Numbered from the stretch's first letter, positions 47,831 to 61,800 are shown. The stretch is 64,000 bases of DNA from Octopus bimaculoides (GCF_001194135.2 NC_068983.1:88268679-88332678), one strand, 5' to 3'. Notes: generated by a model not told the origin, from the sequence alone. A program made the numbers and translations.

Positions 47831-49615
47831 TCAACAACGTCCTTTTTACATGTCACACAAAAGCTCACAAAGCACTTTCTTTTAAATATTTGTAGGACAT
47901 ATAGGCTGTGATAACTAGAGATAACAATGTTATTATTACCATAACTATCATTTCTTTTACTCTTAAGTATGTGGCAGATATTGCTGATATACCAAGACCT
48001 TGATTCAGTTTTAACTGAAGCAAATTCACTTCACTAACCGTTTTAACAAATGTGTGAATGGAGTGCCAGCACTTCCACTGTAAAGACTGGCTGATAAATT
48101 GACAGAAACAGAACACAAGACCAAATGAGTAAAAAGGGTTTTAGTTCAACTCCTGTTGGGGTTTATGTTGCTTTTTATCCTTCTAAAGTCAATAAAACAA
48201 ATATTAGTGACATATTGGAATCAGTTCAGCTTGCCATAAAGTATGTAACCTTATGCCAATGTAAGAAATTATGATGGCAATAATTAATAACAATCTATAA
48301 TATTACTTTGTGTTCATGCATTTCAGATTGTTTTGTCCATATGTTACACATATGCTATGGGAGGTAATCACTCAAATGGAGAAATATATTTATAGAGGGA
48401 AAAGGGCAGACGAAGAGGGAGAGAGAAGGTTTATGTCATTCTGAAATTGTGTGTTCAAATTGCAGGCATAGTCAAAATGTTTAAGCATAATGAAACAATG
48501 TCATGAAGATTTATAAATTTATGCATTTAATGGATATATCAATAGATTGTTAAATTAAAGTGAAATAACCTTGGCAAATAGCTGTGGGTGTTATATTTTT
48601 ATCTTTTACATGTTTGAGACCAAAGGTTGTGGCCATCCTAGGGCACTGCCGTTATTCATTTTTTTTTTTCTTTTTGTTATTTGGTTTAAATGCTTATTGG
48701 TATTATCAGAATAAATGGATCCAGAACGAAATATAGATACGATAGTTAATTAGCTAAACTAGCTACATGTTTAGATAGATAGGTATGTAGGTAAGTCTAC
48801 AAATATGTCAACTGAGAGATATATTAATAGATGTGTGGCTGGGTTGAAATGAAAATAATCTCAATTGGTAAATAACTTGGATTGAGCGTTGGTGGTGGTG
48901 ATTGGACAATGAAAAGTGTAGTTCACATACATACATCATACATACATAAGTAAGTTTTAATTCATCTTTTATTTTCTTAAACTACAAAGCACATAATATC
49001 TGTCAAACATAAAAAAAAGGAAAATAAACAATGTTCTAAGTTCAATTTGATTATATTTGAAAGTACAGTTTTGATTGAATGGCTGGATTTCAAAAGAACT
49101 TTGGAAATTCCTTGCTTGTGTTTAATATATCAATGTTTTCAAACATGCTGACTTGCACCATGGATTTTCCATGGGTCCCACTAGTGTTAATCATAGTAAC
49201 AATAAATAGTTAATAGATATAAAGATTGTATTGATAATTAAATTGCGCTTGCATATTTCACATAATGTTCCTTTCTGTTTGCATGTCAATATAACCCTCG
49301 TATTATTGATATGTATTTGCTGGTGGTAGTGGTAGTGGTTTTATGTGATATTTATCACACTTATCTACACACATAGTTGTATTGTTGTTTGTATTTGCTC
49401 AGAATCACATACAACAATACATGTGTATGTTTTTTTTAAACAGACATGCAAGCATACACAATTTCATTTTGTGTTTTGATTAATCCTGAAGGAAAATTTG
49501 TGTGAATGTATGGTATGTATAAACACATACACATATATATATATTTGGTTCCATAGAACATGACTAACACTTTATTTTACTGAACCCTCATTTTTCATTC
49601 ACGACTAGAGAATCC

Positions 49616-49655
<40 letters not shown>

Positions 49656-49957
49656 TAACAGGTTAGCTGAGTTAGAGCAAAATGGTATGATTATAACCAT
49701 ATTCAACTTTTCCTTTTTCTTCTCTAGACTCTTCTTTTTTTATTTATTCTTCACTCTGGTGAAGCTCCATGTTTCAGATTGGTTTTATTACCAAATATGA
49801 TGAATATTTTTAACATCTCAATGGCAATACCATGCAACATTGGAAGTAGGAACAGCTGTTAGATGGGATGCAGTGTATTTGTATTGAATTAATAAATACT
49901 AATTGATGTAAGTCAATTGTTGTTCATCAATATTTCTCCATTTTCTGTTTTTGTTAA

Positions 49958-50002
<45 letters not shown>

Positions 50003-51245
50003 TACCATAATCTAAGTGTTGTTAAATGTGTATATGTATATTACATAATGCAAACATTATCTGATATAGAAATCAATTTGTTCTGTAGAATTAGTAGATC
50101 TATTTATTACATCAACAAATAAGGGTTTAGTCAGAGATTTTTCCTTGGTTAAACACCACTGTGTAAAAGGTAAAGGAACCTGCATTATTTATAAAGTTAG
50201 AGGTACCTTAGAAATGTTTGGGTTGGTGGGATATTAAATGTAATTATAATTCCTACCTTATAATATAGATTCTTCTTCTTACTTTTACATTTTACATCCT
50301 ACCAACACTCCAAAGAATCTAATTTTATAAACAATGTGGGTTTCTTTTTATAGGCAATGTCATAATACTTAGGGCAGACAATCAGCTGTTAATGTACCCA
50401 CACACAAACACATATATGGAAAGCATGTTAAGTGATGATGAGATACACACACACATATATAACTCACCTGTCAAACTAATTTATAGCTAGGTAAACTGGA
50501 ACATTGGACAATTGTTTTGACCTTAGACACAATGTAGTACTGGTGATAGTTTGTGCTCCTCAGTATCTTGTATGTTAGCACTCTGTTTACCTGGCCGTCT
50601 GTGCCCCCCACCCCATTTATGTGTGCATTGTGTGTGTATTTGTATACATTAAATGGTTGTGGACAATGTAGAATGGAGATATACTTGCAGCCAGTTACTC
50701 AAAAAGACTATTCCAATGCTTAAGTGATTTCATTTATATCCTACTATATTTGCCCACAGACAAATCTGAGGAGAGAGAAATTCTACCTGGCTTGACTTGC
50801 CCCCTACATACAACATGAAGCTGACATCCTCTGTGTTAACCCAATAACTCATTAAGGATTAAGGTGTAATTTTATTCAGTTTTTTTGTTCATATTTCAAG
50901 TGTACATTTTGGACATTGTTAAATAAGATATATATTAAAAAAAATTCAAACTCTTGTTTTTATGTTTTATGGCTTATTAAACTGATTATTTAATTTTGAT
51001 ATAGACTTTTAGTTTGTCATTTACATTTATAAGAGTCATTAGCATTCCCATTATCATTTTGTTATCTATTTTTTCATGCTGACAATTGATGGACTCCTGA
51101 TATCTAAACTCATCTCTTGCTCTGCTCACTTAATTTGCCTCTCTCTAACAGCTGATCTTTTTCATGCATCAACTACCATTGCCTTCAGTTCACATGTCCA
51201 TACTTGTGTAGCCACATTACATTCACCCATCATGTGATGTCTTAA

Positions 51246-51490
51246 CCTTTTCAGAACGATTTGGAAATGAAATTAACTGTCCATATGTTTCAATTAATTT
51301 TGAAAATAATCAAGGTTTTGGAGGGGCTTAATAAAATGACTCACTTTTTGTAATGAATCTGGTATTTGGAGCATAACTATATACAAGGTTTTACATAAAT
51401 TTGTGATGCAAGAGGCATATGAACAATTAAAAATAATAGTTATGCATCATAAAACCAGAAATAGTCTCAGGCTGATTGATACCAAAAGGG
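51246..51490. mobile_element. piggyBac-type MITE
   Basis: ttaa|CCTTTT ... AAAAGGG|ttaa with TTAA at 51242-51245 and 51491-51494. Confidence 0.65.
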
Positions 51491-52898
51491 TTAATGCTCT
51501 TGCAATGATAATAATGATAGTGATAGTATTGATGCTTGTTTCTCAGTAAACATCTGTGCTTTTGTATTTGGTTTGTATGATTCTTAATGTGAAATCATAC
51601 AAATCTTGGGAGGGTCATTATGCCAATGAGAAACACACTGGTTTAATTTTAATTTTATTAACTAATTAACAAATCGATTGTTTACTTGTTTGGTGAATCA
51701 CTGGGTCAACTAGATTCGTCACTCTTTTCATTGCCATTTGTGACTTTATTAATGACATGTCCTTGCTACTCCATGTCTGTCTGTCTCCTAGTTTAGATTT
51801 TATATCTATAAGGGGATGTGATAGAGTGTGTATGTGTGCATGCATGCTTGTGTGTGTACATGTACACCCATGTATGTGTAAAGTGTGGATACTGTGAGAG
51901 TGATTAAATATTTATTCATTTTATGGTTTGTGTCTTTGTCTTTATGAATGGAATGTGTGTATGTAAGTGTGTGTCAGTACATGTATGAACATTGAAGTCC
52001 ACTTTATTTATCTTGGAGATGGTGCAGATCATATTTCAAGTTTTTGACACTGCAATATTTCAAACATACATATGCAGAGCATGTAAACACAGATGTATGT
52101 TTACTGACACACCTAGGTTTGTTTATTAACCTAATACACTTACCCATGTGTGTTTACTAACCTATAGATTTGTAATCTTTTCCTCTGGTAGGGATGACTT
52201 ATTGTGTCCACCTATGCATGCATACACACACAATCTCTCTTTCATAAATATAGAATCTGTAAACTGTTGTTAAGAGGGCTTGGCATTGATGAGGTCATGA
52301 CCAAATGATTAATCAATCAGTTTACTGACTAATCATAAAAAGTTAAATGGAACCAGTGCATGTGTTTATTACTGGTATAATGGCATGTGTTTATTACTGT
52401 CTGATGTTTACATATGCACATTAGAATACTACCCATATTTAGATAAGATCCCCTAAGTGTAAATGCTGATTTTTCATTATATCTAGTAATTAGCAGAATT
52501 TCTTCCAGATAAACAAACATTTACTCACTAATACTGTCCAGCTACAAGTTGTCAACTGCAGACAGCATGATCCTTTCCCCTGATAGAATTTTTATAAATT
52601 GATCTTTGCTAATGATTTGTGAAACACTTTCAGCACAAAATGAACCAACTACTTTTCTGTATTTATCATTAATGATAAATAATAGAGGAAATCAGTTTGA
52701 GTATGACAGTTTGAAGTTAAAATAAGACAAATTTGAACTTGGTGTAGTGTTCACCACAAATAATCTATAAATTAATAACAAATAAAAGCCTGTCTTCACT
52801 TTTCCATTTTTTTTTTCTTCACTATGTCATCAAATGTCAGTCATAGGGTTATCATAGATCAGTCAGAATGCCCTAATTATGATCAGCAGGTCATACTC

Positions 52899-55800
52899 AA
52901 TCATCGCCATCATCGATTAACGTCTTTTCCATGCTGGCATGGGTTAGACTGAGGTCTGGAGAGCCAGTGGCTGCACCAGGCTCCAATCTGATGTGGCAAA
53001 GTTTCTACAGCTGGATGCCCTTCCTAATGCCAACCACTCTGAGAGGGTAATGGGTGCTTTTTACGTTCCACCAGCACAGGAGGCAGGCCTGGCAATGATC
53101 ACATTTGGATGGTGCTTTTTATTTGCCACTGGCACAGGAGCCAGTCAGGTGGACCTGGCATCGACTATGTTCAGATGGTGCCTTTTATGTGCCACCAGCA
53201 AGGGAGTCAGTCATGGGGCACCAGCCCCAGCTATGATATTAGTTTTACTTAACTCAACAGGTCTTCTCAAGCATATCATATCACCTGACGCATCAGGGGT
53301 ATTCTTAACAGAGCTGGACGTGCGTGGCTGCGATCTCACTTTAGTTGCCGGGTCTTCTCAATCACAACATATCTCCAAAGGTCCCGGTCCCCTGTCATTG
53401 CCTCTGTGAGACCCAATGTTCGAAAGTCATGCTTCACCACCTTGTCCCATGTCTTCCTGGGTCTACCTCTCCCACAGGTTCCTTCTACAGTTAGGGAGTG
53501 GCATTTCCTTACATAGCTGTCTTCATTCATACATGGTCATGTGTCTTCAACACATGACCATGCCAGCACAGTCGCCTCTCTTGCACACTGCATTTGATGC
53601 TTCTTATGCTCGACTTTTCTCTCAGGGCGCTTATACTCTATCGTGTATACGCACTGACATTATACATCCAGCGGATCATACTAGCTTCATTTCTTTCAAG
53701 CCTACACATGTCCTCAGCATTCATGACCCATGTTTCACTGCTGAGTAGAATGGCAGTTTGCACACATGCATCATACAGTCTACCTTTCACCCTGAGCAAG
53801 AGACCCTTAGTTGCCAGCTCCCTGAACTTTGCCTAGGCTATTCTTACTCTAGTTTCTACACTCTCAGAGCAACTGTCCTCACTACAGACTTGGTTGCCTA
53901 GGTAGCAGAAGCTATTAACTACTTCTAGTTTCTCCTGACATGTGATGGAATCTGTTTTCTGTACATCTTCAGTGTTTATTGCCCCAGTGCATCTGCCATA
54001 CACAAAAACTATTTTCCCAGTTAACCTTCCTTTGATATTGCCGCACATTTTATGTGTCCATAAATTACACCGGGTACATCGTATAGAGTTTCTACCCATG
54101 CCTTTTCTACAGATCGAGCAGGGCCATCTACCTGAAGGGGGTTGTGATTTGACAGCCTTCTTACTTACTGAGACTTTGGTTTTGGCTAGGTTAACCCTAA
54201 GGCCCTTTAATTCTAGACCTTGCTTCCACACCCTAAACTTTGTCTCTAGTTCTGGCAGTGACACAGCTATTAGTACAAGATCAACAGCATAGAGGAGCTC
54301 CCAGGGGCAGCCTCTCATGAATTCTTCTGTTATTGCCTGGAGGACTATAATGAATAAGAGTGGGATGAGGACTGATCCTTGGTGAACCCCTACTTCCACT
54401 CAGAATGCTTCACTATACTCATTGCCAAACCCCACCTTACTGACAGCATTCCTGTACAGGGCTTGTACAGCTCTTACCAGCCACTCATCTATCCCCAGTT
54501 TCCACATTGACCACCAGATAAGGGACCAGAGGACCCTGTCAAAGGCTTTCTCCAAGTCAGCAAAAGCCCAGTACAGAGGTTTATCTTTGACTAGGTATTT
54601 CTCCTGCAGTTGCCTTACCAGAAATATAGCATCAGTAATGCTTCTGCCTGGCACAAAACCAAACTGCATCTCATCTAGGCTAACTCTCTCCCTAATTAGT
54701 TGGGCTATGACCCTCTCGATAACTTTCATCACCTGATCCAATAATTTAATACCCCTGTAGTTATTTCTATCTAAAGCACCTTTCCCCTTGTAGCAGCTGA
54801 CTGTGGTGCTGCTACACCAGTCATTGGGTATGACTCCATGAACTACCTGATTTACGATGCGGGTGACAAGACTATAACCCACACCACCTGATATTTTAAG
54901 TATCTCAGCAGTGATTCCTGATGGGCCAGGTGCTTTCCCTGTCTTCATATCCTTAATTGCTTTATCTACCTGGGAGCATTATCATTTTTGTTTTATTATT
55001 TGCCTTCTTTAATATGTGTGTACATATAAACACTGAAAATGTGCAGAGAACAGCTTCTGTCGCATTCCAGGGAGAAAAATTACAAGTAGTTGATGGCTTC
55101 TGTTACCTGGGGGATCAGATCAGTAGCAGGGGTGGATGTTCTGAATAAGCTGCTAGAATAAGAATAAGAATAGCCTGGGCAAGGTGCAGAGAGCTCCTAT
55201 CTCTGCTGGTGACAGGGGACCTCTCACTCAGTGAAAGGTAGACTGTATGATGCATATGTGCAAACAGCCATGCTACATGGCAGTGAAATGTGGGCCGTGA
55301 CTGCTGAGGACGTGTGGGCTTGCAAGGAATTAAGCCAGTATGCTCCGCTGGATGTGTGATGTCAGTGTGCATACATGACTGAGTGTGGGCACCCTGAGAG
55401 AAGGGTTGGATTTAAGAAGCATCAGATGTGGTGTGCAAGAAAGATGACTGCACTGGTATGGACATATGTTGTGAATGAATGAGGACAGCTGTGTGAAAAA
55501 GTGTCACACTCTGGCAGTTGAGGGAACCTGTGGAAGAAGTAGACCCAGGAAGGCCTGGGATGAGTTGGTGAGGCACAACCTTCGAATGTTGGGCTTTACC
55601 AAGGCAATGACTAGTGACTGAGATCTTTGGAAGTATGCTGTGCTTGAGAAGACCGAACAAGCCAAGTGAGACCATAACCCATGGCCTATGCCACTGGGTG
55701 TATCCAGCCCACTTATGAGTACCCTTCATCCATATGAAAAAAAAAATTTGCTTGCAAAGACCAGTTGAGGCAAGTAAAATCAAAATCAAAATTGCTGACG

Positions 55801-57680
55801 TGGCCGATAACAGTACCACTTGATTGGCACTTGTCCTGGTGGAACGTTAAAAGCTCATCCGAGTGTGATCGTTGTCATGGCCGCTGATTGATTTCCGTGC
55901 CAATGGCACATGAAAAACAACATTCAAGCATGGTCATTGCCAGTGCCGCTTGACTGGCTCCCATGCAGGTGGCACGTAAAAACACTTTTTGAGCATGGTC
56001 GTTGCCAGAACTGAATGACTAGCCCTCATGCCAGTGGCACGTAAAAGCACCCACTACACTCTCAGAGTGGTTGGCATTAGGAAGGATATCCAGCTGTAGA
56101 AATTTTGCCAGATCAGATTGGAGCCCGGTGCAGCCTTCTGGCTCACCAGTCCTCAGTCAAACTGTCCAACCCATGCCAGCATGGAAAGCAGACGTTAAGC
56201 AACGACGATGATGATGTACTGTTGATTCAGATAGCTGGTCCCTCAATTGGGTTAACCTTTGGCAGACTCTCATCCTCCCATTCATTCTCTACATTCAGCA
56301 GTCTTTCATAATGGCATCCCCAAGCCTTTTTCTTTGCAGAATCATTAAACGCAAGGGCACCATCATCCATGTGGACACATTTCTCTCCTATGACATTATG
56401 GTTTTCTCTCAATCACTGTCTTGCAATCTGAAACACTTCAGTTCTCTGGTCCTCACATTGTTAAACATTGGCAAACTTCTTTTCTGCTACTCCCTTGGCT
56501 ATATATACCTGTCACTTAGCTTCCCTTTTGGCTATCTGATACATTCTCCAGCTACCACCACTCTTCCAGGCATTCCTAGTCTGTTTCTCTGCTCTAATGG
56601 CCCTGTCTACAGTATTGTTTCACCACCATGTTACCCTAGGTCTGGAAGGGTCTTTGCACCAGCCACAGATTTGGTCTGTGGCACTCAGCAAGCTGTCTCG
56701 CAGGAATTTCCATCTGCCTTCTATGTCACAAGACTGTAGCTCCTCCTCCCTATCATCAAGTTTCTTGGTAAGGATATCCCTAAATCTGTGACCTTCTGGC
56801 CTCGAGTCTAAAGTCACTAATAACTATTCTATGTTGGTGGGGTACATTCTTCACCAGGGAGGGTCTTTGTATTTAAGAGCAACCATGCATTCGCTGTCTG
56901 GTGAGAATGAAATCGATTTGGCTAGCAGAGTCACCTGATTGATAGGTTATCAGGTGGTTAGCTGGCTTCCTGAAGTTAGTGTTGCAGATCAATAGGTTAT
57001 TTGCTTCGCAGAACACCAGGAGCCTAGTTCCCTCTTTATTTCTGGTACCAACTCCATGCCCCCCTATTACACCATGTAAGATACTAGATTGCTGTCCGAC
57101 ATACCCATTAAAATCTCCAGCCACAAAGATGAGATCATTATCACTCCTATTTGAGGTAGCCTGCAGAAGAATATCATAAAAGTGATCCTTCTGTTCATTT
57201 AGTACACCTGCTTGTGGGGCGTAGGCAGAGATTATTGTAGCTATACCATTCTGCAAGACTAGCCTGAGTTTAAGTACTCTATCGCACACCCTCACACCTC
57301 TATGACCTTATCCACCCATTTCTCTGGAAGATGTATGCCCACACCCCCATTCCATCACTATTGCCTTCCCAGAAGAGCTTATACCTATGTGCTTTGCCTG
57401 TGAAAACTCTGGATGAAGCTCCTCTCTATCTTACCTCTTGTATGCAACATATATTAACACACCTCCATTCAAGCACCCCTACAATCTCGCTAGACCTACC
57501 TTTCAATGTGTCTACATTTAGAGTGCCATCTCTGTAAACTAGGAAAAAGATATGGGAGGTAACACAGGAAGGATAGATGTTATTCAGTACCTGAAAAGAA
57601 GGTTCCCATGAATGTTTGGTAACAAGCGTCTTAATAGTTGTCCTTGCTGTTAACCTACCGTCATTCAAACATGTTAGAGT
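52899..57680 (-). mobile_element. Near full-length decayed RTE-clade LINE (host copy), split by a nested insertion at 54975-56215
   Basis: EN: GTLNVDTLKGRSSEIVGVLE...CCIQEVR, ISAYAPQAG, AGDFNG, SQIDFILTR. RT: MKTGKAPGPSG, NYRGIKLL, QFGFVPGR, DLEKAFDRV, VGVHQGSVL.PLLF, LLYAVDL, FCYLG. Tail: GRGRPRKTW, then ...catcgccatcatcg. Confidence 0.95.
54975..56215 (+). mobile_element. 5'-truncated RTE copy of the same family inserted antisense into the host copy
   Basis: INTENVQRTAS..FQGEKLQVVDGFCYLGDQISSRGGCSE through tandem UTR repeats to ...gacgttaagcaacgacgatgatgat; about 50 bp of unrelated filler at the 5' junction. Confidence 0.92.
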
Positions 57681-58124
57681 TGTTTAGGTTGTTACCTCTA
57701 CTGGGGGAGGGGGAGAAGTGAGGAAGTATTGTATATGAAAGTGTTTGGGGCATTGTAAATATAAGCATTATGAGCCTTGTGAGAGAAGCATTACTGATGC
57801 TGCAGATATGTGTAAATAAATAAATAAATATTTAAAAAGTGTTGGGGGGGGCAGTAAGTGGGCTACCTTATGGTTTAGTTAGGCTAGAGATAGGGGGTGG
57901 AGAGAGAGGAGAGGGCAGCAAGATTACCAATAGAGGAGGAGAGAGGGGAAGGGCAACTGGATGTCCAGTAAGAGAGAAAGAAAGAAAGAGATCTCCGGTA
58001 AGAGTAAGAGAGAGAGATTTCTGGTTTTGGTGGCAAGGGTGGGGATGGTGGTGGCAGAAAAGGATAGTGGGGTGGGTACAACCACCAACACAAAAGGTCA
58101 TTTTAAGGGTTATAGCAAGGGTTA

Positions 58125-58812
58125 GAGTTATTTTAGAGAAAAGTACAAGATAAGTATATACATGTAGCCAAGAAACAAGGTTAGTTGTTGTAGGATTAGG
58201 ACAAACAAGAAAGAATTATTTTAGAGAATAGATGAGTTTGAATGAATGAGACAATTAAAAACGAGAGTTTCTTCGCTTAGCTGTGTATGTCTTCGAGTGT
58301 CATCGCCTTCAAACACATAGAATAGACTAAACTAAACTACCGAAAGTCTGAGAGGAGGTGGGGGGAACAAGTGTGGAGGCAACAGCCTGAAATGGACGAA
58401 GAAGGCAGCATTTTGCTCAAGGCTTCAAAGAGAAATAGCAGTGAGTAGCCATTGCAATAAGAAATAAAAGATACAGACAGGAAAGAAAGGAATTATTTTA
58501 GTGAACATTACAGAATACGTATATATATGAAGTCAAGAAACAAGGGAAGGGATTATTATTTTAGAGGGGGAGATTGCAAATTTGAAAGTTATTTGATGAA
58601 TTGATATAGAGATCTACAGTTTATGAAAGGGAGTTATTTTAGAGTAAAGTACGAGATAAGTATATACATGTAGCCAAGAAACAACATTAGTCATTGTAGG
58701 ATTAGAACAAACAAGAAAGAATTATTTTAGAGAATAGATGAGTTTGAATGAATGAGGCAATTAAAAACAAAAGAGTTTCTTAGCTGAGCTGTGCATATTT
58801 TCGAGTGTCATC
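58125..58812. repeat. ~180-bp direct duplication (58125-58304, 58631-58812) within a ttattttagag-rich purine tract
   Basis: Both copies read ...gataagtatatacatgtagccaagaaacaa...gtttgaatgaatgag.caattaaaaac...tcgagtgtcatc. Confidence 0.9.
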
Positions 58813-59039
58813 ACCACCGAAAGAGATTTGAATCGAAATTGAGTGCAACTGAAGGCCATTACTTCTATTTTCATCTAGAAACAAAACAATTTCAAATATC
58901 ACTCTTCTCATCATTACATCAAACCTCTTGTGAAATGTTTTTTCCAATCCTTCCTTCCTTAAACTCTCTATGGATCTCCCTCTCTGCCCATTGATCAACC
59001 CCTTCAAAACAACATCTTATAAAAGGAACCTTTATGTTG

Positions 59040-60420
59040 TCATTCAGTCTTAATTTATTACCTCAGAGGGATGAAAAGCAAAATCTGACCTACATAAAAT
59101 ATAAGGAGATATAATAAAACTACAAAATATTACAGTCTGGTACCTACCACTTCTGTCACACTCACAGCTTTAATAATAATTTCCAACTTTATTACAAAGC
59201 CATACATTAACTTCAGTACTTGACTACTTTGTAGTTGAAAGAGTTAAATCCAGTGGGATTTGAACTCATGATATAAAGTGATAACATTAAATACTGCTAG
59301 ATATATACTTTACAACTACATTACTATTTCTGTCTTCTTCCAACCCTAATAAAGATGTCTAACATAGGCACAAGTTCTCAAATTCGAGAAAGAAGAATAG
59401 TCAATTATATTTGATGCATTATATGACTTGCACATCCTAGAAGAATTAAAAGCAAAGTTGCCCTTAGTGAGATTTTAATTCAGAATGTAAAGGGTTGTAT
59501 CTAAATACTACAAGCCATTGTGTTCAAATATCTAATGATTCTGCAATCCACCATATTACCACCACTAATAATAACAGAAGTTCTGAACCAACGAGGGAAC
59601 CTCCACACACTTTACTTGTTATAAACAAATGTCAAATTCCTTCAAATGGTACCTTACTATCTTGAAAAAGGAAAACTTATTAGATAGTGTAGTCCTAGAT
59701 ATACAAAAATACAGGATGGTCATGGATAGAATGGCTTTTCATCATAGGTCTGAGCCATTAGATCAAAACAACAAAATAATAGTTGTTTCTTAAATTGTCC
59801 CAAGGTCATAAATTTATAGTTGAGGAGTTTATCAGTTTACTTATTTAACTGAATCCAGGAAGGTCAAGAAAAAAAGAAATCTTGTCAACTTACTTTATCA
59901 TTTCTTCTATTCTACAGCTATTGGTTGGTATAATTTTTCTAATTGGAGAATGGTACTGCAGATTACATTGACCACGGTATTTGATTAGTACTATTTTATC
60001 AATGCTTTCAAGCAAGAAAGCATGGTTGACTTTGACAGAATTCAAAGTCTCCACACTCATAATAATTCCTAGCATAGGTGCAAAGTCACATTTTCTGGAG
60101 TGAGGTGCGGTCAATTACTTAGCTGGTACTTATTTCATCACCTCCACCAAGAGAATGAAAAAAAAAAGTCAGCTTTGGAGGAAAGTATTTTGTCTGCCTA
60201 TCTACAAATTCTGCCAATCCACTGCCCTCTTCTTACCTCTAACGATTCCTAACATATGCACAATGCCTAAAATTTAGAGGAAAGTTATAGTCAATTATAT
60301 GAACCCTGATACAAGTACTTTATTTTACCAGTCTGAGAAGGATGAAAGTGAAGTTCACCTCAGTGGATTTTGAACTCAATGTAAATGGATGTAACTATGG
60401 CTACAGGCATATTGGTCTTA
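59040..60420 (-). mobile_element. Cluster of old, decayed SINE family A copies
   Basis: Multiple degenerate gatgaaaagcaaa / aaagttgccc...gatttt(g)aactca cores. Confidence 0.6.
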
Positions 60421-61058
60421 TGCTCTGTTGTTTTTTGGTTAATTTACAACCTGGTCCTTTCCCATAGCAACAACAAAACTCCTATTACTGTGAATATTTT
60501 AATATAACCTTGACTTCCAGAGAAGTCATTCACTGTATAATACAACATAAAATCAAAATGAAGTTATTTCTGGCATATTCCTTACCTCAGATAGAAAACA
60601 ATTTAGCTGTTGGACATATCTTTGATTAAAAAAAAGTGTATTTGTATTTATTTTTTCTAACATGATTTCATTAAAGAAAAAAATAGTTATCTTCTGCTGG
60701 CCTAGCTGCATCTGAGAATGTAATGAAATGAAGCATGACAGATGTACTTAGTCTAAACTCATACCTTTATATACTACAAAATTTATATACTATGTACTAT
60801 AAAATATATTATGACTAATAAAAACATCCTGCCATTTTTTCATAGTGTATCTAGGATTACATTAGCTAATGTGTCTCTCATTTTAAAGATGGTAGGGTGG
60901 GTTCTGGAGGAGATTTAGCTGCTATTTTTAGCAGTTCAAAATGACCAAAGAAAAATGACCAAAGAAAGATTCCTTTGTTGGCACTCTAACTACTCTCTCT
61001 CTCTCTTACCCTCTCTCTCTCTCTCTTTCCCTCTCTCTCTCTCTCTCTCTCTATCTTA

Positions 61059-61098
<40 letters not shown>

Positions 61099-61194
61099 NN
61101 NNNNNNNNNNNNNNNNNNNNNNNNNNNNNNNNNNNNNNNNNNNNNNNNNNNNNNNNNNNNNNNNNNNNNNNNNNNNNNNNNNNNNNNNNNNNNN

Positions 61195-61227
<33 letters not shown>

Positions 61228-61294
61228 CTCTCTCTTACTCTCTCTCTCTCTCTCACTACTATATCTCCTCCTGCCTCTTTCTCTCCATCAAAAA

Positions 61295-61500
61295 GAAGTA
61301 TGAACCTGTATGGTAGTGAAACATTGACAGAGAATGTGGAGGATGAAGAAAAGTGAGTCAAAAATGAATTTCTCAATATACAATGTTGAGTGAAAGTAGA
61401 GAAGGTGAGCTGATAAAATGACAGGGCATTAAAGACATCAGCCAATGTACATAGGAGAAATGGAACATGTTGGTATACACTGTTGGATTAACTAAATTGG
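61295..61500 (+). mobile_element. Old RTE C-terminal fragment
   Basis: LYGSETLTENVEDEEK...RRNGTCWY resembles the LYGSETW...RLRWYGH region. Confidence 0.5.
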
Positions 61501-61800
61501 GGCTGTGATATCAACAATATGGCTGAGGGAAAATATTTCATGGTAACATTCTGCATACTAAATACAATTTCAGTTGGGACTCACATATGTAATATAGTAG
61601 GTTGACAACCTTTGATCATCTGAGATTATCCAAACAGTTAATAAACAAAAACCAAAATATCTAAAAATCTAGCAACAATAAGATCAATTGATTAAAATTT
61701 TTGCGCAATATAGACTTTGTAGGCTGGAGTAGATTTTATCATTAAAGCTAAGTTTTATTAGACCTTCTCAGTAAAGCATATTATACTCAGTTGAGAGGAC

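Larger units (their letters stand above)
47200..52860 (+). other. Probable long 3'UTR of the same gene
   Basis: Follows the stop at 47199; about 5.6 kb almost free of the SINEs that are dense elsewhere; several AATAAA (e.g. near 48191, 49201, 52781). Inference. Confidence 0.4.
6413..61194. other. Assembly gaps (N runs near 6413-6545, 7585-7781, 8564-9117, 11377-12152, 16286-17240, 26540-26549, 27846-27854, 34524-34714, 61099-61194)
   Basis: N characters in the sequence, nearly all flanked by microsatellites or repeats. Confidence 0.99.

Noticed and set aside
57840-58090. G-rich tract as G-quadruplex or HDV-like ribozyme at the RTE 5' end
   Set aside because: G-runs are widely spaced and no P1/P2/P3/L3 HDV fold could be traced.
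59890-60620. Minus-strand donor-like sites near 59890 and 60585 with short open frames
   Set aside because: Embedded among decayed SINEs; cannot be chained into a consistent gene.
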